Position numbers and translations under genes: made by a program
Shown here: positions 36,516-46,743 of the stretch, piece by piece
Position numbering within the stretch: the first letter of the stretch is position 1
Layout: every line of letters begins with the position of its first letter
The notes under the pieces: generated by a model
What the model was told of the DNA's origin: nothing
The model's database searches: none
The model's input: only the letters and a program-made list of their open reading frames with translations
Assembly (NCBI GenBank): GCA_963823665.1
Contig: CAWGMQ010000003.1
Coordinates: 608,001 to 672,000 of the forward strand
DNA: 64,000 nucleotides
Reading direction: 5' to 3'
Source of the DNA: an uncultured Planctomycetota bacterium
Lineage (GTDB): Bacteria; Planctomycetota; Planctomycetia; Isosphaerales; Isosphaeraceae

Positions 36516-36552
36516 GGTTGCTTCTTTCGTTCTGATAACGGCCTTTTATGTT

Positions 36553-37185
36553 TCACTTGGTCCGATGGGACCCTTCGAGTTCCACCGGCAGGTCGGCGTC
36601 GGGCGAGAGGACGAAGGGCTGCTCGCCGGTGACCGACCAGAAGAGCCGGGCCGGGCCCCGCGGATAGTCGGTCCCCGAGGCCCACGTGTGATAGACCTTC
36701 CCCCAACACGTCCGTATCTTGCGCAGCGTCCGCTGCTCCTCGTCGCCCGTCTGGGTCAGGCTCTTCAAGTAGCCGGCATCGACCTCGTGCTTGTGGTCGT
36801 GCCAGTATGCCTTCTCCTCGGGCGGCATCTTCTGATACACGGCGTCGCTGATCAGGTACTCGACGCCGATCAGCTTGGCGTTTGGCCCAATGCCGTCGTA
36901 AAGCACGCACTGGCTCAGGTCGCCGTTGACCTCCTTGCAGAAGTGGTAGGCGACCCGCGAGTACTCGGGTAGCTCCTTGAGCAGATGCACACCGGCGAAG
37001 GCCAGGGGACAATGGAGCAACTCCTGAATAGGGGCCTTGCCCCCCGCCACGGACTGGCCGTGGGCGGGCTTGGCGTCGTCGGCGCGGGCGGGTTTCCCCC
37101 TCATGGCGTTCGACAGTGACATCCCGGCGGCCAAGCTGACGAGGCAGGCGACCAGGAACGGGGCCTTGGTACTGCGTCTGGACAT
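36553..37185 (-). CDS. DUF1264 / OBAP-family protein with signal peptide
   Basis: AYHFC..QCVLYDG..NAKLIGVEYLIS..EEKAYWHDHKHEV..WGKVYHTW. Confidence 0.82.
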   Translation of the reverse strand: MSRRSTKAPFLVACLVSLAAGMSLSNAMRGKPARADDAKPAHGQSVAGGKAPIQELLHCPLAFAGVHLLKELPEYSRVAYHFCKEVNGDLSQCVLYDGIGPNAKLIGVEYLISDAVYQKMPPEEKAYWHDHKHEVDAGYLKSLTQTGDEEQRTLRKIRTCWGKVYHTWASGTDYPRGPARLFWSVTGEQPFVLSPDADLPVELEGSHRTK

Positions 37186-37319
37186 CGGGGCTCGACTTTC
37201 TAAGAAAAGGGTTGAGAGGCAGGCCCGCGGTTTGGGCAGGCACTTTAACGGGCGGAAGCGCGCGAATGATCGGGGCGATACGTTTTATAACCGCCGTGAT
37301 GTGAGCCACACGGGACCCG

Positions 37320-37430
37320 GCTTGCTCCCAGGCGACTGTGCTGCCCTGGACGCTGACGACGTTGGTGTGGCCGGCGGCGAGCAATTTCTCGGCCGCCTGC
37401 CGCCTGAGGCCGCCCGATCGGCAGGCCCAC
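37320..37430 (-). pseudogene. Rhodanese-domain remnant
   Basis: CRSGG..RQAAEKLLAAGHTNVVSVQGSTVAWEQAG. Confidence 0.6.
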
Positions 37431-37469
37431 GCGAGCCATCGCACCCCCTCTCATTCCGTCAGTCTCCTA

Positions 37470-37583
37470 AGCGGGGGGAAGGGACAGCCATTCGACTGGC
37501 GATGTGCGGGAGCGGGTCCGGGCGCGCTGGCACCCCCCGGCTCGATGGAGCGATGGAGCGATGGAGGGTGAGGTTGTACTCAT
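37470..37583 (-). pseudogene. 5' remnant of a HlyD paralog
   Basis: The TolC-HlyD spacer and ATGAGTACA start match 19487-19530. The remnant contains a (CGATGGAG)x3 tandem at 37543-37566. Confidence 0.55.
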
Positions 37584-37614
37584 TGGTGTTGCTCCTGATG
37601 CGCAATTACCCTCT

Positions 37615-39306
37615 CTAGTGATGAGTGGAGGCCATATTCATCGGCGTGTTGCCGACTCCCGTTGCGTAATGTAGGCGATCCGTCGCGATCAGATAGTTGT
37701 AACGCGCATTCAGCAGGTTTTGTTCAGCGCGGGTCAGCGACGCCTGCGCGTCGGTGATCTCGGTTGGCGTGGCGGCTCCCTCGCGGAGTCGCAGTTGCAC
37801 GAGCCGGTAATTCTCGCGTGCTTGATCGACGGCTGGACGGGCGTCAGCGATGCCTACCCAGGCCGTGACAGCCGCCCGATACGCTTCGTTGACCTGGAAC
37901 GCGATCTGATCGGTAATCGACTCGGCCTGCGCCATCGCTTGCCGCACACGTGCCTCCGCGATGCGAGTCGCCGCGATCTTCTTGCCGCCTTCGAACAGCG
38001 CCCATTCGAGTCGAATGAATCCAAGGCGGAAATCGACGCGACCGTCGTTATGCTGCTGCGCGAAGTCAAATAACGTTCCATCCGCGATGACCTTGGGAGC
38101 GAAGTCGGCCCGGGCGACTCGAGTACCCTGGAGCGCGATCTCGACCGTGCTTCGGAGGACGCCAAACTCGCGACGCTCTCGAACGGCAGTCTCGAGACAC
38201 TCCGCCAGGCTGATGCCAATCGGCGGGCTCTCGGGCGGCTCAAGGACGCGCACCGGCTCATTGCATTTCAGGCCGATCGCAAGGTTCAGCGCGGCGAGCG
38301 CAGTGAATTCGGCCTCGGTCGCCGTGTGCACGGCCTGAAGCGTCTCCGCGTGTTGAACCTCCGCCCGCAGGACGACTTCGCGCTCAATGACGCCCTCCTG
38401 CTGCCGCTTACGAGCATCAACAAGCTCTTCCTCACTGCGGCGGAGGGCATCCTGCTCAGTCCGCCGTAACGCCTGGCTTCTGAGAACGTTGTAGTAGGCC
38501 ACGGCGACTTCGTTGGCCACCGTCTGGTAAGCGCGGCCCGTTTGCAGACCGGCGATCTCGGTCGCCAACCGCGATTGCTCGTACCGACCGAGCCGGCGAC
38601 CAAAGTCCAGGAGCAGCCACTGAACCTTTAGCTCTGCGAGTTCGAATGATGTGCCGATATTCAGCCCAAATGGCACCGCCCCGACGCCAGGTATGAAATT
38701 AAATCCAGCAGGGCCCTTCGGGATCGGGATCGAATTGCCCGTCACGCCGAGACCGAACCCACCCACGTCATAATTGGCCGCCACCAAGGGCAAGAATGTG
38801 GAGAACGCGATCTGCTGCAAGCCGCGGGCTTCGGCGATGGCCTCAAGCTGTGCGCGCAATCGTGGTTGCAAGCGGAAGGCCTGCTTAATCGCATCCGGAA
38901 GCGCGAGAGGCCGGCCGTCGGCGGCGATGGCATCAAGCGCGGCGTCATCTGAGTCGCTGGGCAGCAACACCGCGTTCGGAGGCACCTGATCGGAATCCAC
39001 ACGCCGTGGAGGAGGAATGATTGCTGCGGGCAACGGGGCTTTGCGGTCGGCTTGAGACGGCGCCTGGGCACGCTCCGTTGGTTGCAGCGCGACGGCCGGC
39101 TGTACTGCGGCGTCTTTCGACTCTGGTCGGACGGTATTGACGGCACCTTTGCTCGACGAAGCGGTCTCCTTGGCTTCGACCGGCGTAAGACGTTGAGAAA
39201 GCCGATCTTGGAGGTCAGCCTGCGAGTGCGCACAACCGGATGCGATGGCAAGCCCGATCAGCAAAGCTCGGCGACAAACAGCATTTGATCGATCCCACCA
39301 AGGCAT
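37615..39306 (-). CDS. TolC-family outer membrane efflux lipoprotein
   Basis: Lipobox-like IASGC and two OEP-like helical repeats (VAVAYYNVL; QVNEAY..ARENYRL). Confidence 0.88.
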   Translation of the reverse strand: MPWWDRSNAVCRRALLIGLAIASGCAHSQADLQDRLSQRLTPVEAKETASSSKGAVNTVRPESKDAAVQPAVALQPTERAQAPSQADRKAPLPAAIIPPPRRVDSDQVPPNAVLLPSDSDDAALDAIAADGRPLALPDAIKQAFRLQPRLRAQLEAIAEARGLQQIAFSTFLPLVAANYDVGGFGLGVTGNSIPIPKGPAGFNFIPGVGAVPFGLNIGTSFELAELKVQWLLLDFGRRLGRYEQSRLATEIAGLQTGRAYQTVANEVAVAYYNVLRSQALRRTEQDALRRSEEELVDARKRQQEGVIEREVVLRAEVQHAETLQAVHTATEAEFTALAALNLAIGLKCNEPVRVLEPPESPPIGISLAECLETAVRERREFGVLRSTVEIALQGTRVARADFAPKVIADGTLFDFAQQHNDGRVDFRLGFIRLEWALFEGGKKIAATRIAEARVRQAMAQAESITDQIAFQVNEAYRAAVTAWVGIADARPAVDQARENYRLVQLRLREGAATPTEITDAQASLTRAEQNLLNARYNYLIATDRLHYATGVGNTPMNMASTHH

Positions 39307-39506
39307 TATTCGGTCGCTCCAGCACGCATGATTGCATTTGTCGCGGGCACAGAGACTTATTGAGATTATCGGATCTGATCACTGTGAGCATAAACGGGAT
39401 CGCGCGGGTTGCAGAGTCGTTGCGTGTTTGATGATGGGTTGGCCTCTGACCGCGCTGGCTTCGAGTTCGCTGTTCAGTAGCTCGTGGGGTTGATCTTGAC
39501 CTTATC

Positions 39507-40556
39507 CTAGTAGAAGCCTTGGTTGTCTCGTCTGACGCTGACCTTGCCGGCGAATTGTCGCGAGACGAAAACGAAATACGCGGACGCCAGTGCGCAACTG
39601 ATCGGCCACCAGATCGCGGCGTAGGCCAGTGAATTGGGACCGGCGGCGACGTCGTAAACGGTAAGCGAATAACCGGGCGTCAGCGTCGAGTGCAACACTA
39701 CAGGAAAAATGGCGGCGGCCCCGGTAGCCAGCAGGCCCGCAAGCAGGATGTTCGACGCGATGAACGCACGCATTTCACGTCGCTTCGCCAGCCCTGAAAT
39801 CAGCGTGATCGCCGCGGCGCAGACCAGGATCAATCCAAGCCACCAAAATGGGTTCTGAATCGCGTGCCCGAGAAGATCGGGGCGCACAACGCCGGAAAGG
39901 ACGGAGATGACCAGCAACAGCGGAGCAGCCGTCGCCCAGAGTACCCTCGCGTAGCCCGCGCTGCGGTCATGCACGACGCCTTGCGTCTTGAGCGTGAGAA
40001 AGGTCGCACCGTGTGCCGCCAGCGCGACAGCAACGAAGAGCGCAACCGATACCGTGTACCAGTCGAGCAGTCCCACATGGCCGCGTGGCGTGAAATCGGT
40101 GAAGAAGGCCATGGAGAACGTGCCGTCGGAAGCAAGCGGAACACCGCGGGCCATATTGCCCGCCGCTGCGCCGAAGAGGACGGCCAGGAGCGTATTGGCG
40201 AGTACGAAGACGAAATCCCAGAACCCCTGCCACATGCGATCGTCAATGTGGCCGCCGACTTCCAGCGAGATTCCGCGCAATATCAAACACCACAAAATAA
40301 GAAAGAGTGCGAGGTAATAGCCGGCAAAGGCGGATGCCAGAAGCTTGGGGAATACCGCGAACAAGGTGCCGCCGAAACCGACCAGCCAAACTTCGTGCCA
40401 GGACCAGAGCGGACCGATCGCGGCGATGACCTGACGGCGTTCGGCGGGCGTTCGCGCCACAAGCCAGTGGAGAATTCCAGCGCCGAAGTTGCGGCCGTCC
40501 AGGACCACGTAGACGATGATCATCAAGCCAGCAATTCCATACCATACCGCGATCAT
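39507..40556 (-). CDS. cydB: Cytochrome bd ubiquinol oxidase subunit II
   Basis: YVVLDG.NFGAG, IGPLWSWHEVWLV and FPKL; overlaps cydA. Confidence 0.93.
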   Translation of the reverse strand: MIAVWYGIAGLMIIVYVVLDGRNFGAGILHWLVARTPAERRQVIAAIGPLWSWHEVWLVGFGGTLFAVFPKLLASAFAGYYLALFLILWCLILRGISLEVGGHIDDRMWQGFWDFVFVLANTLLAVLFGAAAGNMARGVPLASDGTFSMAFFTDFTPRGHVGLLDWYTVSVALFVAVALAAHGATFLTLKTQGVVHDRSAGYARVLWATAAPLLLVISVLSGVVRPDLLGHAIQNPFWWLGLILVCAAAITLISGLAKRREMRAFIASNILLAGLLATGAAAIFPVVLHSTLTPGYSLTVYDVAAGPNSLAYAAIWWPISCALASAYFVFVSRQFAGKVSVRRDNQGFY

Positions 40557-41920
40557 ACAGACGGCTCCTGTCCATGTTCGGCCGGTACGGCGTCACCGGG
40601 TCCGTGACCGATCTCGCGACTGACCAGAGCCAGAAACAGCAAGCCGAGCACAGAATAAAGGCCGACGAAGCCGATCAGCGTGAACACCGTGTCGCCGCTG
40701 CTGACTACTTTGCTATAGCCGTCGGATGTGCGAAAGAGACCGTAGATCAGCCAGGGCTGGCGTCCCAACTCCGCCGTCATCCACCCCAGCGTGTTGGCAA
40801 GATAGGGAAATGGGAACGCCAGCATCAGCACCCAGAGCAGCGCGGTGCTGGATTCCAGTCGGCCCCTGAGGTTCTGGATTCCAGCATAGGCCATCAGGAT
40901 GATGAAAATCGTCCCGAGCGTGATCATAAGATGAAATGAGTAATAGAGCAGTTCGATGTTGTCGGGCCATAACTCCCTGGGAAAGTCGTCCAATCCGTGT
41001 ACATAGCTTCCAAAGTGCCCGTACGCGAGAAAACTGAGGGCGCCCGGGACCTCGATCGGATTGTCGAGCCGCGTAGCGGCAACATTGGGCTGCCCGATCA
41101 CTGCGACGCCGGCCATGGAGCCACCGACGAATCGGCCCTCCATGGCCGCCAATGTCACCGGCTGGTGATTGCCAACCATCTTGGCCTGCTGGTCGCCAGT
41201 CGGGAACGCAACAAGAATGGAGGCAATCAGGCCGATGACAGTTCCAGCGCGCAGGTACATTCTCGCTTGCTCCAGATGGAGTCCGCGCAAGGTGTAGAAT
41301 GCGCCCACGGCCGCCACCACGAACGAGCCCGTTACGAGCGCCGCCATCTGATTATGGGTGAACTGGATCCACGCCCATGGATTGAGCAGGTAAAGGCTGA
41401 GACTGTCGATGCCCAGCGAGCCATCCGCTTCGATGTGGTAACCCACAGGATGCTGCATGAAAGCGTTTGTCACGATAATGAAGTAGCCGGAAAGCCAGCT
41501 TCCCAGCGCGACCGCCAGCGCGGCCAGGAAGTGATAGCGCGGACCCAGTCGTCTTTCGCCCCAGATGAGCGCGCCAATGAAGGCGCTTTCGAGAAAGAAC
41601 GCGAACATGCCCTCCATCGCCAACGTCTGTCCAATGACGCCGCCGGCGTATCTGGAGAAGCCCGCCCAGTTGGTCCCGAACTGAAACTCCATCGGAATGC
41701 CCGTCACCACTCCGACGGCGAAATTGAGCCCGAAGATCTTGGCCCAGAAGCGCGCGGCCTGGTTATATTTCTGATCACCCGTCCGCAGGTGGCGCCACTT
41801 CCAGAAGACCAGAAACCACGCCAGACCCATGGTGAGCTGCGGAAAGAGATAATGGTACGTGATCGTGAAGGCGAACTGAATTCGGCTCCAGAATGCAGGA
41901 TCGGAAAAGAGTGAGTGCAT
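40553..41920 (-). CDS. cydA: Cytochrome bd ubiquinol oxidase subunit I
   Basis: RIQFAFTITYHYLF, GVVTGIPMEFQFGTNW, QPVTLAAMEG and AELGRQPW. Confidence 0.95.
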   Translation of the reverse strand: MHSLFSDPAFWSRIQFAFTITYHYLFPQLTMGLAWFLVFWKWRHLRTGDQKYNQAARFWAKIFGLNFAVGVVTGIPMEFQFGTNWAGFSRYAGGVIGQTLAMEGMFAFFLESAFIGALIWGERRLGPRYHFLAALAVALGSWLSGYFIIVTNAFMQHPVGYHIEADGSLGIDSLSLYLLNPWAWIQFTHNQMAALVTGSFVVAAVGAFYTLRGLHLEQARMYLRAGTVIGLIASILVAFPTGDQQAKMVGNHQPVTLAAMEGRFVGGSMAGVAVIGQPNVAATRLDNPIEVPGALSFLAYGHFGSYVHGLDDFPRELWPDNIELLYYSFHLMITLGTIFIILMAYAGIQNLRGRLESSTALLWVLMLAFPFPYLANTLGWMTAELGRQPWLIYGLFRTSDGYSKVVSSGDTVFTLIGFVGLYSVLGLLFLALVSREIGHGPGDAVPAEHGQEPSV

Positions 41921-41941
41921 TGTTTCTACACACCTTTCAGC

Positions 41942-43431
41942 TCAGCTCACGGCCCGCTGCTGATTGGCCCAAAAACGTTCGCGCAGTACCCTCTTGAGTA
42001 TCTTGCCGGAGCCGCTTTTCGGTAGGTCCGTTTCCGAGAACTCGACGCGGCGTGGGACCTTGTAAGTGGCCAGAGACCGCCGGCAATGCGCGATCAACTC
42101 CTCCGCGACGAGGGTCCTCCCCGGCTTCAGCACCACGCAAGCTGTCACGAGTTCGCCCCATTTCGGGTCGGGGATGCCGAACACCGCCGCCTCCCGGACG
42201 GCCGGATGGCTGTAGATCACCGCCTCGACCTCACCGGAATACACGTTCTCGCCGCCGCTGACGATCATGTCCTTCAAGCGGTCGAGGATGTAGAAGTACC
42301 CGTCCGCGTCCTGGTAGCCGACGTCGCCGGTGCGGAACAGGCCGCCCCGGAACGCGCGGCTCGTTTCGTCCGGATTGTTCCAGTAGCCGCGCATGACGTT
42401 CGCGCCCGGGCGACCAGCTCGCCACGCTGCCCGGGCCCGACTTCCGTCCCCGACTCGTCCACGACCCGGACGTCGATGCCGGGACAAGGGCGGCCGCAGG
42501 ACAGGAGCCTGGCCCCCGTGTGCTCGTCGTCAAGCAGGGCGGTCAGGAAGCCCGTTTCGCTGAGCCCGTACCCCTGAACCAGTTTCACGCGAGGGAGAAC
42601 CTCCCTGGTGTGGTTGATAAGTTCGGGGGGCATGGGAGATCCGCCGTATGCGACTCGCTCCAGCGTTGCCAGGTCATACGTCGCCAGGTCCGGGAACTGG
42701 GTCAGCATGTTGATCATCGTCGGCACCAGCACGGTGTGCGTGACGCGGTCGCGCTCGACCGCCTCGCAGAAGTGCTGCGGACTGAACTTTGGGATCGTGA
42801 CCTGGCAGGTGCCGAAAGCCGGCGCCGCGAACAGGAGCGGGAAGTCCACGATGTGGAACATCGGCGCCGCGTGGAGGAAGACACCGCCTTCCTTGTAGGG
42901 CAGCCAGTAGTTGAGGAAGTGGACGTTCTCAAGGACATTTGCGTGACTCAGCGCGACACCTTTGGGACGGCCGGTTGTGCCGCTTGTGTAGATGAGAGCG
43001 AGGATCGCTTTCGTGTCGTAGATGGGGTCGCCACAGGAATTGCTGGAAACGTCCAATGGTTCTTCGTCGATCACCCGCTGCCACGGAGGCTGCACGGTCG
43101 GGACGGGTAGCGACGAGTGCCGAATCAGGCCGCGCGGACTTGCATCGGTCAGCACGTGATCGAGTTCCACCGCGGTAAGCCGCGTGTTGAGTGGGACGGC
43201 GATCACGCCGAGCCAGGCACACGCATAGACCAGCTCGATGTATTCACATTCATTCGGGAGGAGAAGGGCCAACCGGTCTCCAGCTACAAAGCCGTGTCTG
43301 TGAAGCGCAGCCGCAATACTCGCAACACGATCGCGAAGCACTCGAAAAGTCGAGCGCCTCCCGCCGGAAGCGAGGGCTGGCCTTCCTCCAAAGTATCGGG
43401 CGCCCCGGCCTAACGAGTGAGTATGAATCAT
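41942..43431 (-). CDS. Acyl-CoA synthetase (AMP-forming), frameshift near 42405
   Basis: YTSGTTGRPKG, QGYGLSE, RTGD, DRLKDMIVSGGENVY and PKSGSGKILK. Confidence 0.92.
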
Positions 43432-43498
43432 CGTCGGTGCTCCACGTTAACATCGAATGGCCAGGTTCGGTGCTTTGCCCGGCCTGCATCGAGCGCAG

Positions 43499-44338
43499 TC
43501 ATTTTTCAACGAGTGCGGGAGCGCCATTCCGCCTCGCGGCCACGGATTGCGGAAACACACCTTCGCGCACGTCGTTGGCATAGTTCCGGGCAGCATCAAA
43601 GATCAGTTCCCCGAGTTGTGCATACTGCCTCACGAATTTCGGTACGAAAGTGTCGAACAATCCAAGCATGTCGTAGCTAACCAGCACCTGGCCGTCGCAG
43701 TGCGGCCCCGCACCGATACCGATCGTGGGGATCTTCAGCCGACTCGTCACGGCCTCCGCAACGGCATCCGGGACCGCCTCGACGACGACGGCAAACGCTC
43801 CGGCGTCTTCGAGTGCGAGCGCGTCGCGGAGCAGTTCTTGCGCAGCTTCTTCGTTGCGCGCCTGCTGCCGCATCCCGCCGAGGCGGTGGACGTGCTGAGG
43901 GGTCAACCCGACGTGCCCCATGACCGGGAGGCCGGCTGCTGTGAGCCGACGAACCGTCTCCGCGATGGGGCGTCCACCTTCGACCTTCACCGCGGCGGCG
44001 CCGCCTTCCTGGAAGAGGCTTGCCGCGTTGCGCATGGCTTGCTCGGCCGAAATCTGATAAGTCAGAAACGGCATGTCCGCCACGACCAACGCGCGACTCG
44101 CGGCGCGCGTCACGGCGCGCGTGTGGTGAAGAACCGCATCCAGGGTTACGGGGACCGTTGTGTCCAATCCCAAGATCACGTTCCCAAGGGAGTCGCCCAC
44201 CAGCAACAGGTCGATGCCTGCGCGATCAAGTAGCCGGGCCATGGTGGCGTCGTAGGCAGTCAACATGACAATTCGTTCGCCATGCTCCTTCATGAGCGCA
44301 AGATCAGGCACGCGGACTTTCGTGGATAGCCGGTTCAT
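43499..44338 (-). CDS. panB: 3-methyl-2-oxobutanoate hydroxymethyltransferase
   Basis: MLTAYD, LVGDSLG, ADMPF, VKVEGG, GHVGLTPQ and GIGAGPHCDGQVLV. Confidence 0.96.
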   Translation of the reverse strand: MNRLSTKVRVPDLALMKEHGERIVMLTAYDATMARLLDRAGIDLLLVGDSLGNVILGLDTTVPVTLDAVLHHTRAVTRAASRALVVADMPFLTYQISAEQAMRNAASLFQEGGAAAVKVEGGRPIAETVRRLTAAGLPVMGHVGLTPQHVHRLGGMRQQARNEEAAQELLRDALALEDAGAFAVVVEAVPDAVAEAVTSRLKIPTIGIGAGPHCDGQVLVSYDMLGLFDTFVPKFVRQYAQLGELIFDAARNYANDVREGVFPQSVAARRNGAPALVEK

Positions 44339-45708
44339 TGGACTGTCTCCCGTTCGCTCACGGGTGACCCTGGCCCCTCAGCTTTCCCGTTGGTTCGCTG
44401 ACCGTTCTGCCGGGCCGCCTGGATGGCATCCTGCAAAGGTTCCGGTTCGATGATGAGCCGCGCGAGCCGTTGGCGAGTGAAGAGTTTCCACGACCACCGG
44501 AACAGCGTCCCGATTCGGCTGCTCGTCAGAACCAGGAACTGAATGTGAACGAAGGCCCACACCATCTTGGCGAACAACCCGGCGGTGCGGACGCCGAACG
44601 CCTCCATGACGGCGAAATTGCGGCCGACCGTAGCCAGGTTCCCCTTGTTGAAGTACCTGAACGCAGGTAGGTCCGGTTTCCCCTTCAGCCGTCTCGCAAT
44701 CTGGCGGCCGACGTAGCGGCCTTGCTGGATCGCAACCTGGGCGACGCCCGGGAGAGGCTTCCCGCCCTCTTCCAGGCACGCCGTGTCTCCCACGACGAAT
44801 ATCTCCGGATGGGCCGGGACCGAGCAGTCTGCAAGCACCTTGACGCGACCTGCTCTGTCTGCCTCGGCACCCAACCATTGCGCTGCCGGAGAACCCTTCA
44901 CCCCTGCCGCCCAGAACACGTTCCGGGTCGAGATCCGTTCTCCCCGTACCAAAACGCCTTCCGCGTCCACCTTCTCCACCGCGGCGCCGGTGCGGACTTC
45001 GACCCCCAGCTTTGCGAGCTTGGCGGTCGCCGCGGCGGCAAGCGAATCGTCGAACGAGGGTAGGATGCGCGGACCCGCCTCCACGAGGATCAGTTTGAGC
45101 GAAGCGGGGTCGAAGCGACGGAACTCCTTGGCCAAAGATTGGCGCGCCAACTCTGCGATCGCCCCGGCGAGCTCCACGCCCGTGGGACCACCGCCGACAA
45201 TGACGAACGTCAACAGTTCGGGATGGTCTTGGGGGGTGAAGGTCCGCTCGCAGGCCTCGAACGCTCCCAGGATCTTGTTGCGGAGCTGAACCGCGTCGGT
45301 GAGGGTTTTCAGGCCCGAGGCATACGCTGCGTACTCGTCGTGACCGAAGTAGCTGTGCTCTACCCCAGTCGCCAGTACGAGGTAGTCGTAGGGCAACGGG
45401 AGCGGAACCCCGTCCACCAAGCACACCCTTTTCGTAACATCCACATCAGTAACGGTACCCTGGATCACGGTGGCGTTGGGCTGCCTGCGCAAGACGTGCC
45501 GGATCGGTGCCCCGATGTGCTCGGGGGAAAGGACCGAGGTAGCCACCTGATAGAGGAGCGGCTGGAAGACGTGGTGGTTAGTCTTGTCGATGAGGAGCAC
45601 GCGGGCCTGACTCTTCCTCAGGGCGCGGGCCGCGGCGAGACCGCCGAAGCCCCCGCCCACAATGAGGATTCGCGGGTCGCCTGCCGTGTTCGCAGAAATG
45701 GGTATCAT
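44335..45708 (-). CDS. ndh: Type II NADH dehydrogenase
   Basis: GGGFGG, FQPLLYQVAT, GGGPTGVELAG, AQVAIQQG and FRYFNKGNLATVGR. Confidence 0.9.
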   Translation of the reverse strand: MIPISANTAGDPRILIVGGGFGGLAAARALRKSQARVLLIDKTNHHVFQPLLYQVATSVLSPEHIGAPIRHVLRRQPNATVIQGTVTDVDVTKRVCLVDGVPLPLPYDYLVLATGVEHSYFGHDEYAAYASGLKTLTDAVQLRNKILGAFEACERTFTPQDHPELLTFVIVGGGPTGVELAGAIAELARQSLAKEFRRFDPASLKLILVEAGPRILPSFDDSLAAAATAKLAKLGVEVRTGAAVEKVDAEGVLVRGERISTRNVFWAAGVKGSPAAQWLGAEADRAGRVKVLADCSVPAHPEIFVVGDTACLEEGGKPLPGVAQVAIQQGRYVGRQIARRLKGKPDLPAFRYFNKGNLATVGRNFAVMEAFGVRTAGLFAKMVWAFVHIQFLVLTSSRIGTLFRWSWKLFTRQRLARLIIEPEPLQDAIQAARQNGQRTNGKAEGPGSPVSERETVQ

Positions 45709-45738
45709 TGTCAGTCGCTCCGATTTCGTGAAGACCCC

Positions 45739-46743
45739 TTATCCGCTGGCTTGAGCCGTTACCTTGGCGTGAGCAGGTTTCTTCTCCCCTGACGACGCGC
45801 CCGAGCCATTCGCTCGCAGCTTGAGAAGTCCGATCAACACTGCGTTCTCGTCGTGCGCGAGCTGATCGACCGAGCGTTCCCCTGCTTCGCGCATCACGCC
45901 ATCGATGATGGTTTGCTTCAGCTCGGGCGTGATGTTTGGAGTGCCGAGGGCCTTCATCATGCCCTGAAGTGGATCCATAAGGTGATCCATGAAGTGTTTG
46001 ATTCCACCGGCGCCACCGCCCAGATGCCACTGAAGGCTCTGGCCCATCACGCCCCAGCGGAGGCCCGGTCCATAGCAAACGGCGGCGTCGGTGTCCTCGA
46101 CGCTCAGCACGCCTTGTTCAATGAGGTAAAGCATCTCCCGATAGAGCGCTGCTTGCAGACGATTCGCCACGTGCCCGGGAAGTTCCTGCCGCAAATGAAT
46201 CGGCTTCTTGCCGATCGCCGCGTAGAACGACATCGCCCGCTGGATCGCTTGCGGTGATGTCTTGGCGCCGCCCACCACTTCCACAAGTGGAATGATGTGC
46301 GGCGGGTTGAACGGATGCCCCACAAGGACGCGCTCGGGGCGCTCGCACTTCGACTGCATCACGCTCGGCGTGATCCCCGAGGAGCTCGACGCGATTAATG
46401 TGTCGGGAGGCGTGGCGGCGTCGATGTCCGCGAACAGCTTGATTTTGAACTCAGGCCGCTCGGGAGCGTTTTCCTGGACGAAGTCGGCCCCCGCCAGCGC
46501 CGCCTTCATGTCGGGGGTGAAGGACAGGCGGTCGCGCGACGCTCCCGGCGAAAGGCCGATGGCGGCGAGCTCATCCCACGCGTCGTCCACGTACTGGCGC
46601 AGTTTAGCTTCCGCGTCCGGGGCGGGGTCGGTCGCGACCACGTCCAAGCCCCGCGCCAGGTACTGTGCGGCCCAGCTCGCGCCGATGACCCCGGTGCCGA
46701 CGATGGCGATTCGGTGGATAGGTTTGTCGAGAGACATGATCAT
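45739..46743 (-). CDS. 3-hydroxyacyl-CoA dehydrogenase family (carnitine-dehydrogenase-like)
   Basis: GTGVIG, QENAPE, ASSSSG, GHPFNPPH and GHVANRLQAALYRE. Confidence 0.9.
   Translation of the reverse strand: MIMSLDKPIHRIAIVGTGVIGASWAAQYLARGLDVVATDPAPDAEAKLRQYVDDAWDELAAIGLSPGASRDRLSFTPDMKAALAGADFVQENAPERPEFKIKLFADIDAATPPDTLIASSSSGITPSVMQSKCERPERVLVGHPFNPPHIIPLVEVVGGAKTSPQAIQRAMSFYAAIGKKPIHLRQELPGHVANRLQAALYREMLYLIEQGVLSVEDTDAAVCYGPGLRWGVMGQSLQWHLGGGAGGIKHFMDHLMDPLQGMMKALGTPNITPELKQTIIDGVMREAGERSVDQLAHDENAVLIGLLKLRANGSGASSGEKKPAHAKVTAQASG

Noticed and set aside
37543..37566. (CGATGGAG)x3 as a phase-variation switch
   Set aside because: It lies in an already truncated HlyD stub, so there is no gene to switch.
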